64,000 bases of DNA from Bacteroidota bacterium (GCA_023251875.1 JAHEXY010000004.1:64854-128853), one strand, 5' to 3'; counted from the stretch's first letter, positions 30,847 through 40,703 are shown. Numbers and translations are program-made. Notes: generated from the sequence alone by a model not told the origin.

Positions 30847-31911
30847 CTAATGTTGAATACCCTTTTCGTTTAATGCTTTTTGATACCTTCTTGCATTCAG
30901 CTGATGTTGTTCATAGTTTTCTGCGAAGTTTGAATAACCCGAAAAATCTTCCTTAGCACAAAAATAGAGGTAATTGTGTTTTTGATAATTGAGTACCGCA
31001 TCAATATTTTTTTTATCAACCATACATATTGGCCCGGGCGGTAAACCTGTATGTAAATAGGTATTATATGGGGAATCAATTTCTTTATGAACATTTAAAA
31101 CACGATTAATGGAAAAATCGCCAGAGGCCCATACTAAAGTAGGATCTGCTTGTAAAGGCATGTTTTTTTTTAGGCGATTAATATATACCCCTGCAATAAT
31201 AGGTCTATCAGTATCACGTATGGTTTCATTTTGTACAATAGAGGCGAGTGTAATTACCTCAGCAGGTTTTAATCCAATTTCATTTGCTTTTTGTATGCGT
31301 TCTTGAGTCCAGAATTTATTATATTCTTCTCCCATTTTTGTAACAAACTTTTCTGCAGAAGTATTCCAGTAAAATTCATAGGTATTGGCAATGAATAATG
31401 CAATAGCCGTTTCTGAATTGAGGTCGTATGCAGCAAGAAATTGATCATCATTTAAGAGTTTATCAAGCTTTAAAGAATCAACTTCTAAAGCTTTACATAT
31501 TTCTGAAATAAAATATTCTTTTTTTCTTACACAATTATTCAAACTCAATTTAACTGGTGTTTGTTTTCCTGATCGCAATAAATTGATAAGGTCATTATTA
31601 TTTAAATGGTTTTTGATAAGATATTTTCCGGGATGTACATGATTTGCATAATTTTTTTTTTCAGCTACCCAATTAAAAGTGTTTTTATTGATAATGATTC
31701 CTCGTGAATAGAGTTGATCAATTACTCCATCAATAGTAGAGCCTGTTTTAATATATAAATAAGTAAATTCCGTTTTTTTCAGCGATACATTGGGTAAATA
31801 AACGCTATCATAAATTTCATAGGCAGCAATACTACCTCCTAATACTATAATAAATACAATAGCAATTAATACTTTTTTAAAAAATGAAGTTTTACTTTTT
31901 TTAGCACTCAT
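30847..31911 (-). CDS. mltG: endolytic murein transglycosylase MltG (YceG family)
   Basis: N-terminal TM anchor, the YceG-like fold, and the LQADPTLVW motif characteristic of MltG. Confidence 0.75.
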   Translation of the reverse strand: MSAKKSKTSFFKKVLIAIVFIIVLGGSIAAYEIYDSVYLPNVSLKKTEFTYLYIKTGSTIDGVIDQLYSRGIIINKNTFNWVAEKKNYANHVHPGKYLIKNHLNNNDLINLLRSGKQTPVKLSLNNCVRKKEYFISEICKALEVDSLKLDKLLNDDQFLAAYDLNSETAIALFIANTYEFYWNTSAEKFVTKMGEEYNKFWTQERIQKANEIGLKPAEVITLASIVQNETIRDTDRPIIAGVYINRLKKNMPLQADPTLVWASGDFSINRVLNVHKEIDSPYNTYLHTGLPPGPICMVDKKNIDAVLNYQKHNYLYFCAKEDFSGYSNFAENYEQHQLNARRYQKALNEKGIQH

Positions 31912-31944
31912 TAATTTTACATTCTTAATTCTACATTCTCAATT

Positions 31945-33300
31945 TTAATTAAATTTTATTGCCTTAACCGGACTAATTTTAGCAACAATGCCTGATGGAA
32001 TAATAAGCATAAGCATACAAACTATTAGCGAACCAATATTTAAGAATAAAATATTAGCCATGTTTAAATCTACAGGAACACTTGGTACAAAATACGATTG
32101 TTCATCTAACGGAATTATTTTAAAATAATATTGAAGTAAGCATAAACTAATTCCAATAACATTTCCCCATAACAAACCCAGTGAAGTAAGATATGCCGCA
32201 TTGTAAAGAAATATTTTTCTAATACTTGTGTTTTTTGCACCAATTGCTTTTAAAATTCCAATCATGTTTGTTTTTTCAAGAATTAGAATTAATAATGCAG
32301 ATATCATGTTTATGCCGGCAACTAAAAGCATAAGAATAATAATAATTTGAACATTGATGTTTTGTAAATCAAGCCAATCAAAAATTTGAGAATACAATTC
32401 TTTTATTGTTTTAGTATCTATCTCAGAACCTGCTGTAGCATATACCTTTTCTCCAATTTTATCTAGATTGTCTTTGTATATGTCATTATTATCATCATTA
32501 CTATTTGTTATTGTAGCAATTAATTTCGGAATACCGGAATCTAAATAAAATGATTTTAGAGTTGAATTAAATAATTCATTGTTATCAAGCAACACTTCAT
32601 ATCCTCCAATTTGACTGGCTTGCCAATCGTTTAATTTTTGAATATGTTTAATATCTACCAATATATATTTGTCGTCTAGTTCTTCTAATCCGGTTTCATA
32701 AATAGCGGAGATTTCAAAATTTCTGGCTCGTGGTGGATTTTGAATAAAATATACATGTAAATGATCTCCTACTTTTAAGTTTAATTTATTGGCAATATAT
32801 TTTGAAATAATGGTTTGGCTTGAGCTTGTTGAATCTGAAGCAATAAAGGGTTTTCCTTCAATTATTTTATTATTAAAAAATGACCAATCAAAATCATTTC
32901 CCACACCTTTGAGGACGGCTCCATAAATTTCTTTATCTGTTTTTATAATGCCTGCTTTGGTTGCAAATGTTTGTATGTGCCTTACACCTTCAATATTTTT
33001 TATTTTATTGCTTAATGTAGTGTCAATAAAAATAGGATCTGATTCGTATGAATTATTAAGAGAAAAACGGGTAACTTGAATATGAGAACCAAAGCCAATT
33101 ACTTTGTTTCGTATTTCATTTTGAAATCCTGTTACTACAGAAACTGCAATAATCATTACAGCAATACCCAATGCAATTCCGGCAATAGCAATTTTAATTA
33201 CCGGCCCCGAAATTTTATTGGAATAGCTTTTGCTAAAAATAATTCGTTTTGCTATAAATAGTTCCGTATTCATTTCTAATTTAGCTGTAAGCAAATTCAA
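31945..33300 (-). CDS. FtsX-like ABC transporter permease (LolC/LolE-type lipoprotein-release permease)
   Basis: N-terminal TM, a large periplasmic domain, and a C-terminal FtsX-domain four-helix region (ILKAIGAKNTSIRKIF...). Confidence 0.7.
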   Translation of the reverse strand: MNLLTAKLEMNTELFIAKRIIFSKSYSNKISGPVIKIAIAGIALGIAVMIIAVSVVTGFQNEIRNKVIGFGSHIQVTRFSLNNSYESDPIFIDTTLSNKIKNIEGVRHIQTFATKAGIIKTDKEIYGAVLKGVGNDFDWSFFNNKIIEGKPFIASDSTSSSQTIISKYIANKLNLKVGDHLHVYFIQNPPRARNFEISAIYETGLEELDDKYILVDIKHIQKLNDWQASQIGGYEVLLDNNELFNSTLKSFYLDSGIPKLIATITNSNDDNNDIYKDNLDKIGEKVYATAGSEIDTKTIKELYSQIFDWLDLQNINVQIIIILMLLVAGINMISALLILILEKTNMIGILKAIGAKNTSIRKIFLYNAAYLTSLGLLWGNVIGISLCLLQYYFKIIPLDEQSYFVPSVPVDLNMANILFLNIGSLIVCMLMLIIPSGIVAKISPVKAIKFN

Positions 33301-34522
33301 TTTAATGTGTAAAATTAAGCAATATACTATTTGGCTGTGTTTTCTTTCTCTTTTTCTCTCATTAGTAGAGGCACAAGAACAATTTTATTTGCCCGATTTG
33401 TCTTTAAAAAGGAAAATTGAGATAGGTGATGAACAAACGACTCAATATATTCCTCTTTTGTTAACTAAAAGAGTTGCTGTTGTTGCTAATCAAACTTCCC
33501 TGATTGGCACTACCCATATAGTAGATTCACTTCTTTCATTAAACATAAATATTAAAAAAATATTTGCTCCGGAACATGGTTTTAGAGGAGATGCTGATGC
33601 AGGAGAGCATGTAGATAATGGAGTTGATGCAAAAACTGGTTTGCAAATTATTTCATTGTATGGAAAACATAATAAACCTAGCCTAGCTGATTTAAAAGAT
33701 ATTGATATTGTAGTCTTTGATATACAGGATGTAGGTGCTCGTTTTTACACCTATTTATCTACCATGCATTATGTGATGGAAGCTTGCGCTGAAAACAATA
33801 TTGATTTTTTAATACTGGATAGGCCTAATCCTAATGGTTTTTATGTTGATGGACCAGTGCTGGAAAAAAAATACAGCTCATTTGTAGGCATGCACCCTGT
33901 GCCCATTGTATATGGCATGACCATGGCCGAATATGCACGTATGATTAATGATGAAGGTTGGCTCAAAAATAAAATTCATTGTAAACTTAATTATATTATT
34001 TGTAAAAATTATTCCCATAAAGATTATTATCAATTGCCGGTAAAACCATCTCCTAATTTACCTACGAGCACCTCCATTTATTTATATCCTTCTTTGTGTT
34101 TGTTTGAAGGAACTACAATAAGTGTTGGGCGCGGAACCATACATCCTTTCGAAATGTATGGAAGCCCCTCTATTCAAAATTCAGATTTTGAGTTTATCCC
34201 AAAGGGAATAGAGGGTGTAAGCAAACACCCCATGTATGAAAACCTGGTTTGTAAAGGAAAATACCTGGGAGATTTCGGACAATCATTTATTCGTGATAGC
34301 CGGCATATTCAGCTATGCTGGCTTATAGATGCTTATAAAAACACAGAAGATAAACACAGTTTCTTTACTAATTTTTTTAATCAATTAGCAGGTAATTCAA
34401 TGCTAAAAGAACAAATCATTAAAGGCAAAACAGAGGATGAAATTCGAGCTTCTTGGCAAAAAGACTTAATGAAATTTAAAAGCATCAGAAAAAAATACCT
34501 ATTATATACAGATTTTGAATAG
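33230..34522 (+). CDS. DUF1343 family exo-beta-N-acetylmuramidase NamZ-like
   Basis: RVAVVANQTSLIG...FAPEHGFRGDADAGEHV is the DUF1343/NamZ signature. The probable true start is MCKIKQYTIWLCFLSLFLSLVEAQ (~33305), which removes the overlap with the lolE-like gene. Confidence 0.7.
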   Translation: MLKIIRFAINSSVFISNLAVSKFNLMCKIKQYTIWLCFLSLFLSLVEAQEQFYLPDLSLKRKIEIGDEQTTQYIPLLLTKRVAVVANQTSLIGTTHIVDSLLSLNINIKKIFAPEHGFRGDADAGEHVDNGVDAKTGLQIISLYGKHNKPSLADLKDIDIVVFDIQDVGARFYTYLSTMHYVMEACAENNIDFLILDRPNPNGFYVDGPVLEKKYSSFVGMHPVPIVYGMTMAEYARMINDEGWLKNKIHCKLNYIICKNYSHKDYYQLPVKPSPNLPTSTSIYLYPSLCLFEGTTISVGRGTIHPFEMYGSPSIQNSDFEFIPKGIEGVSKHPMYENLVCKGKYLGDFGQSFIRDSRHIQLCWLIDAYKNTEDKHSFFTNFFNQLAGNSMLKEQIIKGKTEDEIRASWQKDLMKFKSIRKKYLLYTDFE

Positions 34523-34734
34523 ACTTAAAATAAACTACTGATAACTAGCAATATAAACTACTCCTTAATTCTTCCTATTTTCAAAAGGGCTTATTTCTAT
34601 GTAAATAATACACGAATTAAGTACTTGTTTATCTTAAAGTTACAACAAGTCAATTTAAGTAACCTATAGGGCTTAAAGATGATTTTATATGATTTTCCAA
34701 ACAAATTGTTTTTAGATAGCCTTTGACTTTGAGA

Positions 34735-34968
34735 TATATTTGTAATGTAGATATGAAATAAAAAAAATAAAAATCATAACTACTTGAAAGTAGATCAATA
34801 ATCTTTCCTTTCTATATTCATAGGCTTTTTTTGGGTTTGTTTGAGGCGCTCAGTCGAGCGCCTCAACTATTTTAATGAGACTCCATTTTTGCGAAATTTT
34901 TGAAGCAAAAATGGCTAGTCGAATTAATCCCGATAGCAAAGCGTATCGGGCTCTGATTTTTTTTAAGC
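34735..34968 (+). ncRNA. candidate small RNA: a TAnnTTTG-type promoter box, four hairpins, and an intrinsic terminator
   Basis: TAtaTTTG at 34735-34742. Perfect stems gaggcgctc/gagcgcctc (34843-34864), ccatttttgc/gcaaaaatgg (34883-34914), and cccgata/tatcggg (34929-34950) followed by ctctgatttttttt. No ORF is present. Confidence 0.35.
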
Positions 34969-35032
34969 TAAATTCATTATTTAAAAAATTCTCATTCTTC
35001 ATTCACAATATTTGCATTCTTAATTAAATCCC

Positions 35033-35040
35033 TACCTTTG
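35033..35040 (+). promoter_or_regulatory. Bacteroidota-type -7 promoter element (TAccTTTG) for the riboswitch-btuB transcript
   Basis: Matches the TAnnTTTG consensus. A TTTG lies ~25 bp upstream. Confidence 0.4.
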
Positions 35041-35049
35041 CATTAATAT

Positions 35050-35240
35050 TTTCAGGTGTTGGTATAATTTTTATTATTCCACTGAAAAGGGAATCAGGTG
35101 TAAATCCTGAACAGTACCCGCTGCTGTAATTCCTCTTAAAATTTTGTAATTCTTTGCCACTGTCGCCATTTTTATGATTACGGGAAGGCTCGCAAAATTG
35201 AGGATAAGCCAGAAGACCTGCCTGAAAATTTAAACTTAAT
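35050..35240 (+). promoter_or_regulatory. cobalamin (B12) riboswitch
   Basis: aaaagggaatcaggtgtaaatcctgaacagtacccgctgctgtaa matches the core AGGGAA..GGTG.AA.TCC....CCCGC.GCTGTAA. gccactg is present. The B12 box agccagaagacctgcc lies at 35207-35222. It sits directly 5' of a TonB-dependent receptor. Confidence 0.9.
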
Positions 35241-35277
35241 TTATTTTGCTTTCGGGAGAAGGGCAAAAGAAACGAAA

Positions 35278-37197
35278 ATGTTAGTAAAGCGGTTTATTAT
35301 TTTTTCTTCGATTTTTATTCTGGGTATTCAATTTGCAATTGCCCAAGATAGTTTAATTGCATTACCTCTTAAAGAGGTTACTGTAACAGAAAATGCATTT
35401 ACTGATAAAATGAATGGCATTACCATACAAAGAATAGATTCATTAACACTATCTCAACATAGTTTAGAATCAATTGCCGAAGTAATTTCATCAACCACAC
35501 CTATTAACATTAAATCTTACAGCCCATCAGGTACGGCTACAATTTCTTTAAGAGGAACTTCAGCAAGTCATACCGGTATTTATTGGAACGATATTCCGCT
35601 CAACTCTCCTACACTTGGCCTAAGTAATTTAAATTTATTCCCCATAGCTTTTGCACAATCTATAGATATACAACATGGGGGCTCAAGCGCATTATTAGGA
35701 AGTGGAAATATTGGGGGTAGCATTCATCTCAATTCATATCCAATTTTTAAAAAGAATATTTCAATTGGTTTTGCCCAAGAAATTGGGAGTTTTAATAACT
35801 ATGCATCTGATTTAAATTGTAGCATAGGAAAAGAAAAATGGTATTTCGCAACTACTGCACAAATGCATAAAATCAAAAATGATTATGCGTTTATTAATAC
35901 CGCTGATATTGATAAACCCTTGCTTAAGCAAAGCAATGCCGATATGCAGCAATATGGCCTTATGCAAGCCATATATTATAAAATAAATAACAAGCAATAT
36001 ATAGGAAGTACAATTTGGTATGAGAATAATGAAGCTGGAGTAGCAACATTAATGACCGCTTCTAAAAGTATTGCACGACAATATGATCAATCCCTAAGAG
36101 CCATTACTGAATGGAAAAATTACTCACGCATTGCAACTTATCATATTCAGTGTGCCTATACAAATGATATTTCTACTTATTCTGATAGTTCTATTCATCT
36201 TACCTCTATTATTCGTTCTCAACTTTATTTTATAAAGGGTAGTTCCGTATTTAATCTATCTAAAAATGACAGATTAACTACAGGTTTAGATTTAATAGAA
36301 AACAAAGCTGATGTAGCCTACTATGCACAAACGCAATCAAGAGAGCAAATGGCTCTATTTGCATCGTACATGCATGAGTTCAAAAAAATTGCTTGGAAAA
36401 TAAGCCTTAATGCACGGCAAGAATTTATTTCTCATTATCAAGTTCCCTTCACTCCTTCAATTGGATTAGAAGGAAAAATATGGAAGTGTTTATTTATTCA
36501 ATCAAGTGCTTCTCGCATTTTTAGAGTACCTACACTCAATGATTTGTTTTGGGTGCCCGGTGGAAATACTAATATAGTACCAGAATCTGGATGGAGCGAA
36601 GAAGGTGGTTTGGTAATCAAGAATAAAAATCCGTCCTGTAATTTTATTACGCATACTTCTATCATTGCATATAGTTCTATTATAGAAAACTGGATTCAAT
36701 GGTTGCCATCCGATAATAATTATTGGACTGCACAAAATGCGAAAAGAGTTTGGGCAAGAGGAATTGAATTACTAACAAGTAATGTATTACTGATTAAAAA
36801 AATAAAATTTGAATTAAATGGTGGATATACATTTTCTAAATCAACCAATGTAGCTTCTGCATCTGAAAACGATCAAACAATAGGCAAGCAATTAATTTAT
36901 GTTCCCCTTCAAAATGCAAATGGAGAAATGCGAATAATATATAAAGGAAGTTTTATTTCTTATAATCAGAATTATGTTGGGAAAAGGTATACAACCAGTG
37001 ATAATTTAGACAGTATTCCCTTTTATTCATTAGGAAATTTTGGAATTGGAACAAAATATCAAGCAAAAAAATTTACATTTTCCATCCTATTCAAAATCAA
37101 CAATATTTGGAATGTAGTATACCAATCTGTTGAATGGATGGCAATGCCGGGCAGAAATTATAATCTAGTACTCAAAATTAATTTTAACAAATATTAA
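35278..37197 (+). CDS. btuB: TonB-dependent outer-membrane receptor (BtuB-like cobalamin transporter)
   Basis: Signal peptide, plug domain (LKEVTVTENAF...), barrel with C-terminal aromatic residue, preceded by the B12 riboswitch. Confidence 0.75.
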   Translation: MLVKRFIIFSSIFILGIQFAIAQDSLIALPLKEVTVTENAFTDKMNGITIQRIDSLTLSQHSLESIAEVISSTTPINIKSYSPSGTATISLRGTSASHTGIYWNDIPLNSPTLGLSNLNLFPIAFAQSIDIQHGGSSALLGSGNIGGSIHLNSYPIFKKNISIGFAQEIGSFNNYASDLNCSIGKEKWYFATTAQMHKIKNDYAFINTADIDKPLLKQSNADMQQYGLMQAIYYKINNKQYIGSTIWYENNEAGVATLMTASKSIARQYDQSLRAITEWKNYSRIATYHIQCAYTNDISTYSDSSIHLTSIIRSQLYFIKGSSVFNLSKNDRLTTGLDLIENKADVAYYAQTQSREQMALFASYMHEFKKIAWKISLNARQEFISHYQVPFTPSIGLEGKIWKCLFIQSSASRIFRVPTLNDLFWVPGGNTNIVPESGWSEEGGLVIKNKNPSCNFITHTSIIAYSSIIENWIQWLPSDNNYWTAQNAKRVWARGIELLTSNVLLIKKIKFELNGGYTFSKSTNVASASENDQTIGKQLIYVPLQNANGEMRIIYKGSFISYNQNYVGKRYTTSDNLDSIPFYSLGNFGIGTKYQAKKFTFSILFKINNIWNVVYQSVEWMAMPGRNYNLVLKINFNKY

Positions 37198-37211
37198 TCA
37201 ATCTAAATTTT

Positions 37212-38297
37212 ATGAAAACAAAAACAATTTTTAAAAATGTGATTTTATTAGCAACATTATTTATTTTCAGCTTATCGGCTTGTAAAAAAGATAAAACGGA
37301 TGATAACTCTACTACTGATGCTACTCCTTATGATAGTGGAGTTTTTGTTATTAATGAAGGGGCGTATTTAACCGGAACAGGAACCATTTCTTATTACAAT
37401 AGAAATACAAAAAAAGTAGAGCAAGATATTTACAAAACTGTAAATGGAGCTGTATTGGGTAATATTGCTCAATCATTAACTGTCTTTAATGACAAAGCTT
37501 ATATTGTTATTAATAATGATGCAAAAGTTGAAGTAGTAAATGCTGCCACATTTAAATCGAGCGGAACTATTGAAGGATTAGAATATCCCAGGTATTTTGT
37601 TGGCTCAACTACAACAAAAGGCTACGTTTCTCAATGGGGCTTTGTTTCTGGTAATATTGCTGTAATTAATTTATCTACCAATAAAATTATTTCAACTATT
37701 GATGTAAAAGCTTCGGGGCCTGAAAACATGCTTATTTCGGGAGATAAACTTTTTGTTATTAATTCAGGTGGTTATGGTGTAGATAGTACCATTTCAATTA
37801 TAGATACACAAGCTGATACTTTATTGGCTGTGGTTAAAGTGGGAGATAATCCAAAAGGAATTGAACAAGATGTGAATGGTAAATTGTGGATTCTTTGCGG
37901 TGGAATTCCTATGTGGATGGACTCCGTAAATTATACCAAAGGAAAACTAGTTGAATTAAATGCCGATACTTATACAATTGAGCAAAGTATTGAATTTCCG
38001 TCAGGAGATTATAATCCATCTGATTTGGTAATGAATTCAGATAAAAATAAATTGTATTACATCTACGGAAGTGGTGTTTATGCATTTGATATTACTGCTA
38101 GCAATATTTCAAGTACAGCTTTATTTACCGGCTATTTTTATGCTTTAGGATATGATGCTAAAACCGATTATTTATATGCTGCCGATCCTATTGATTATAC
38201 GCAAAGTGGTACCATTTATCGTTACAAAGCCTCAAGCGGAGATTTGGTTGATTCATTTACATCAGGCATTATTCCCGGAGATTTTTGGTTTGAGTAA
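37212..38297 (+). CDS. surface lipoprotein, YVTN-type beta-propeller (BtuG-like B12-binding accessory protein)
   Basis: Lipobox LSAC. Repeated beta-propeller blades. It follows btuB by 15 bp within a riboswitch-controlled operon. Confidence 0.5.
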   Translation: MKTKTIFKNVILLATLFIFSLSACKKDKTDDNSTTDATPYDSGVFVINEGAYLTGTGTISYYNRNTKKVEQDIYKTVNGAVLGNIAQSLTVFNDKAYIVINNDAKVEVVNAATFKSSGTIEGLEYPRYFVGSTTTKGYVSQWGFVSGNIAVINLSTNKIISTIDVKASGPENMLISGDKLFVINSGGYGVDSTISIIDTQADTLLAVVKVGDNPKGIEQDVNGKLWILCGGIPMWMDSVNYTKGKLVELNADTYTIEQSIEFPSGDYNPSDLVMNSDKNKLYYIYGSGVYAFDITASNISSTALFTGYFYALGYDAKTDYLYAADPIDYTQSGTIYRYKASSGDLVDSFTSGIIPGDFWFE

Positions 38298-38336
38298 TTG
38301 TTAAGTATTTTTGTTTATTATTAGTTGCTAGTAAAC

Positions 38337-38570
38337 AAAAACCACATAGAAACATAGTTTTAAATTGAATGGAATAAGGTTTTCATAAAAGATCTAGTCT
38401 TTAAATCAGAGTTGTAAATAGAAATATAAATTTTAAACATAGAAAAGAAGAAGCTTTGCTTCTTCACTATATGAATCTATTGAAGCCATACTAGAACATT
38501 GCATTAATAAATGCTGACTGATTCAGTTTTTTAGACTAAATAATATACTACCCTATGTTTCTATGTGGTT
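38337..38570. repeat. roughly 230-bp segment bracketed by perfect 17-18-bp inverted repeats (accacatagaaacatag / ctatgtttctatgtggt)
   Basis: IR-L is at 38341-38357 and IR-R at 38553-38569. The interior is AT-rich and non-coding, with a gaagaagc-tttgc-ttcttc hairpin. Confidence 0.5.
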
Positions 38571-38609
38571 AATATTCAGATACGAAAAATTATAGAAAAT
38601 GTTTTATAA

Positions 38610-38930
38610 ATGAATCCCGAACAAAAAACAGTTTTAAAAGAATTGCAAAAAATTCCCGGTGTAGGAAAATCAATTGCTATGGATTTATGGAATATTGGTA
38701 TACGATCCATTGATGAGCTAAAAAATAAAAAACCGGAAATATTGTATGATTTATCAAATCAATATGCAGGATGTGTTCAAGACAGATGTTTGTTATATGT
38801 TTTCAGGTGTGCTGTTTATTTTGCTCAAGAAAGCAACCCTGATGCTGAAAAATTAAAATGGTGGAATTGGATGGATAAACATGTAGTAAATAATAAAACG
38901 AATGTTAAATTTGTAAAAACAGCTAGATAA
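38610..38930 (+). CDS. helix-hairpin-helix domain protein (Cdd1/PF11731-like)
   Basis: IPGVGKSIAMDLWNIGIRSIDEL is an HhH motif. 106 aa. The gene ends 11 bp upstream of the nuoF-like gene. Confidence 0.5.
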   Translation: MNPEQKTVLKELQKIPGVGKSIAMDLWNIGIRSIDELKNKKPEILYDLSNQYAGCVQDRCLLYVFRCAVYFAQESNPDAEKLKWWNWMDKHVVNNKTNVKFVKTAR

Positions 38931-38941
38931 ACCTTACAAAA

Positions 38942-40306
38942 ATGGGAAGACAACTTTTATTAGAACATATAAACGTAGCCGGTATTCAAAGCTATGAAGT
39001 ATACAAACAAAAAGGCGGATATGCAGCTCTTGAAAAGGCTCTTAAAACAATGGCGCCTGATGCCGTAATGGAAGAGGTGAAAAAATCAGGATTGAGAGGG
39101 CGAGGTGGAGCAGGTTTTCCTACAGGTTTAAAATGGAGCTTTTTAGATCGGAAATCTACTAAACCCCGTTATTTGGTTTGTAATGCCGATGAAAGTGAAC
39201 CAGGTACATTTAAAGACCGCTATTTAATGGAAAAAATACCTCATGCATTAATTGAAGGAATGATTCTTTCGAGCTTTGCTCTTGGGGCCAATACTGCCTA
39301 TATCTACATTAGAGGCGAATATTTTTATGTTCATAAAATTCTTGAAAAAGCAATTGACGAAGCCTATGCTGCCGGTTGGCTAGGAAAAAATATTATGGGT
39401 AGCGGATATTCTCTCGATCTTTATATGCATATAGGTGCAGGTGCTTATATTTGTGGAGAGGAAACCGCTTTACTTGAATCATTAGAAGGCAAAAGAGGTA
39501 ATCCTAGAATAAAACCACCATTTCCTGCCATAGCGGGATTATATGGCGCCCCAACAGTAGTGAATAATGTTGAAACCATTGCAGCAGTTGTTCCCATTAT
39601 CAATTTAGGTGGCGATGAATATGCAAAAATTGGAGTAGGAAAAAGTACAGGAACAAAACTAATTTCTGCAAGTGGGCATATTAACAAGCCTGGAGTTTAT
39701 GAAATTGAATTAGGTGTTTCTGTTGAAGAATTTATTTATTCTGATCAATACTGCGGTGGAATTAAAAATGGGAAAAGATTAAAAGCATGTGTGCCGGGAG
39801 GCTCTTCAGTGCCTATTTTACCTGTTGATTTAATTACAAAAACGGCCAAAGGCGAAACCCGTTTAATGACGTATGAATCACTCTCTGATGGAGGTTTTGC
39901 AACGGGCTCTATGCTAGGTTCAGGCGGGTTTATTGTGTATGATGAAACAGCTTGTATTGTTCGTAGCCTTTGGAATTTCTCTCGTTTTTACCATCATGAA
40001 TCATGCGGACAATGTTCTCCATGCCGCGAAGGAACAGGCTGGTTAGAAAAAGTGTTGCATCGCATAGAAGAAGGTCATGGCAAAATGAGTGATATTGATT
40101 TACTTTGGGATATTCAAAGAAAAATTGAAGGCAATACTATTTGTCCTTTAGGTGATGCTGCTGCATGGCCTGTTGCAAGTGCTATACGTCATTTTAGGCA
40201 TGAATTTGAATACCATGTAAAATATCCTGAAAAAGTAAAAGACCCAAAGCATGGGCATTATGAACCTATTATGCCCCCTAAAAAAGAAGAAGCTGTAATT
40301 GTTTAG
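38942..40306 (+). CDS. nuoF: NADH-quinone oxidoreductase subunit F homologue (NuoF/51-kDa family: FMN, NADH and 4Fe-4S binding)
   Basis: GLRGRGGAGFPTGLKW, the FMN-binding region, and the 4Fe-4S motif ESCGQCSPCREG. No other nuo genes lie nearby. Confidence 0.85.
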   Translation: MGRQLLLEHINVAGIQSYEVYKQKGGYAALEKALKTMAPDAVMEEVKKSGLRGRGGAGFPTGLKWSFLDRKSTKPRYLVCNADESEPGTFKDRYLMEKIPHALIEGMILSSFALGANTAYIYIRGEYFYVHKILEKAIDEAYAAGWLGKNIMGSGYSLDLYMHIGAGAYICGEETALLESLEGKRGNPRIKPPFPAIAGLYGAPTVVNNVETIAAVVPIINLGGDEYAKIGVGKSTGTKLISASGHINKPGVYEIELGVSVEEFIYSDQYCGGIKNGKRLKACVPGGSSVPILPVDLITKTAKGETRLMTYESLSDGGFATGSMLGSGGFIVYDETACIVRSLWNFSRFYHHESCGQCSPCREGTGWLEKVLHRIEEGHGKMSDIDLLWDIQRKIEGNTICPLGDAAAWPVASAIRHFRHEFEYHVKYPEKVKDPKHGHYEPIMPPKKEEAVIV

Positions 40307-40703
40307 ATTACAGCAAAAGCAAATTAGATTAGAAAAGTCGAGGCTGTTTTAAAATACATCTTTGCGAACGGGGCTAGTTGAAATATTTTGGGGTTGATTC
40401 AAAAACAATTTGGCTTGCTTTTGTTTTTATGTGGGCAGAACTCGATAAATACCCTACCTTATTTAATAAACTTGAACTCTAAAAGTTTTAAATTTTGAGG
40501 AGTTTAATCGCATTGCCATTGTACATCATTCCAGTGCCATTGAGGTCAGCACACTCAGTATTGAAGAAACAACTTAGCTTATTATAGAAAGAATTACAGC
40601 CAAAGGAAAGGCTATCATCCATGGTTTGATGGCAATGGGCGCAGTTCTCGCCTACTCATGAATTTTTATTTAGGTAAACGTATTATTAATTTTTCATTCA
40701 TCT

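Noticed and set aside
35024-35266. 80-aa minus-strand ORF
   Set aside because: It lies entirely within the cobalamin riboswitch on the opposite strand and is a chance ORF.
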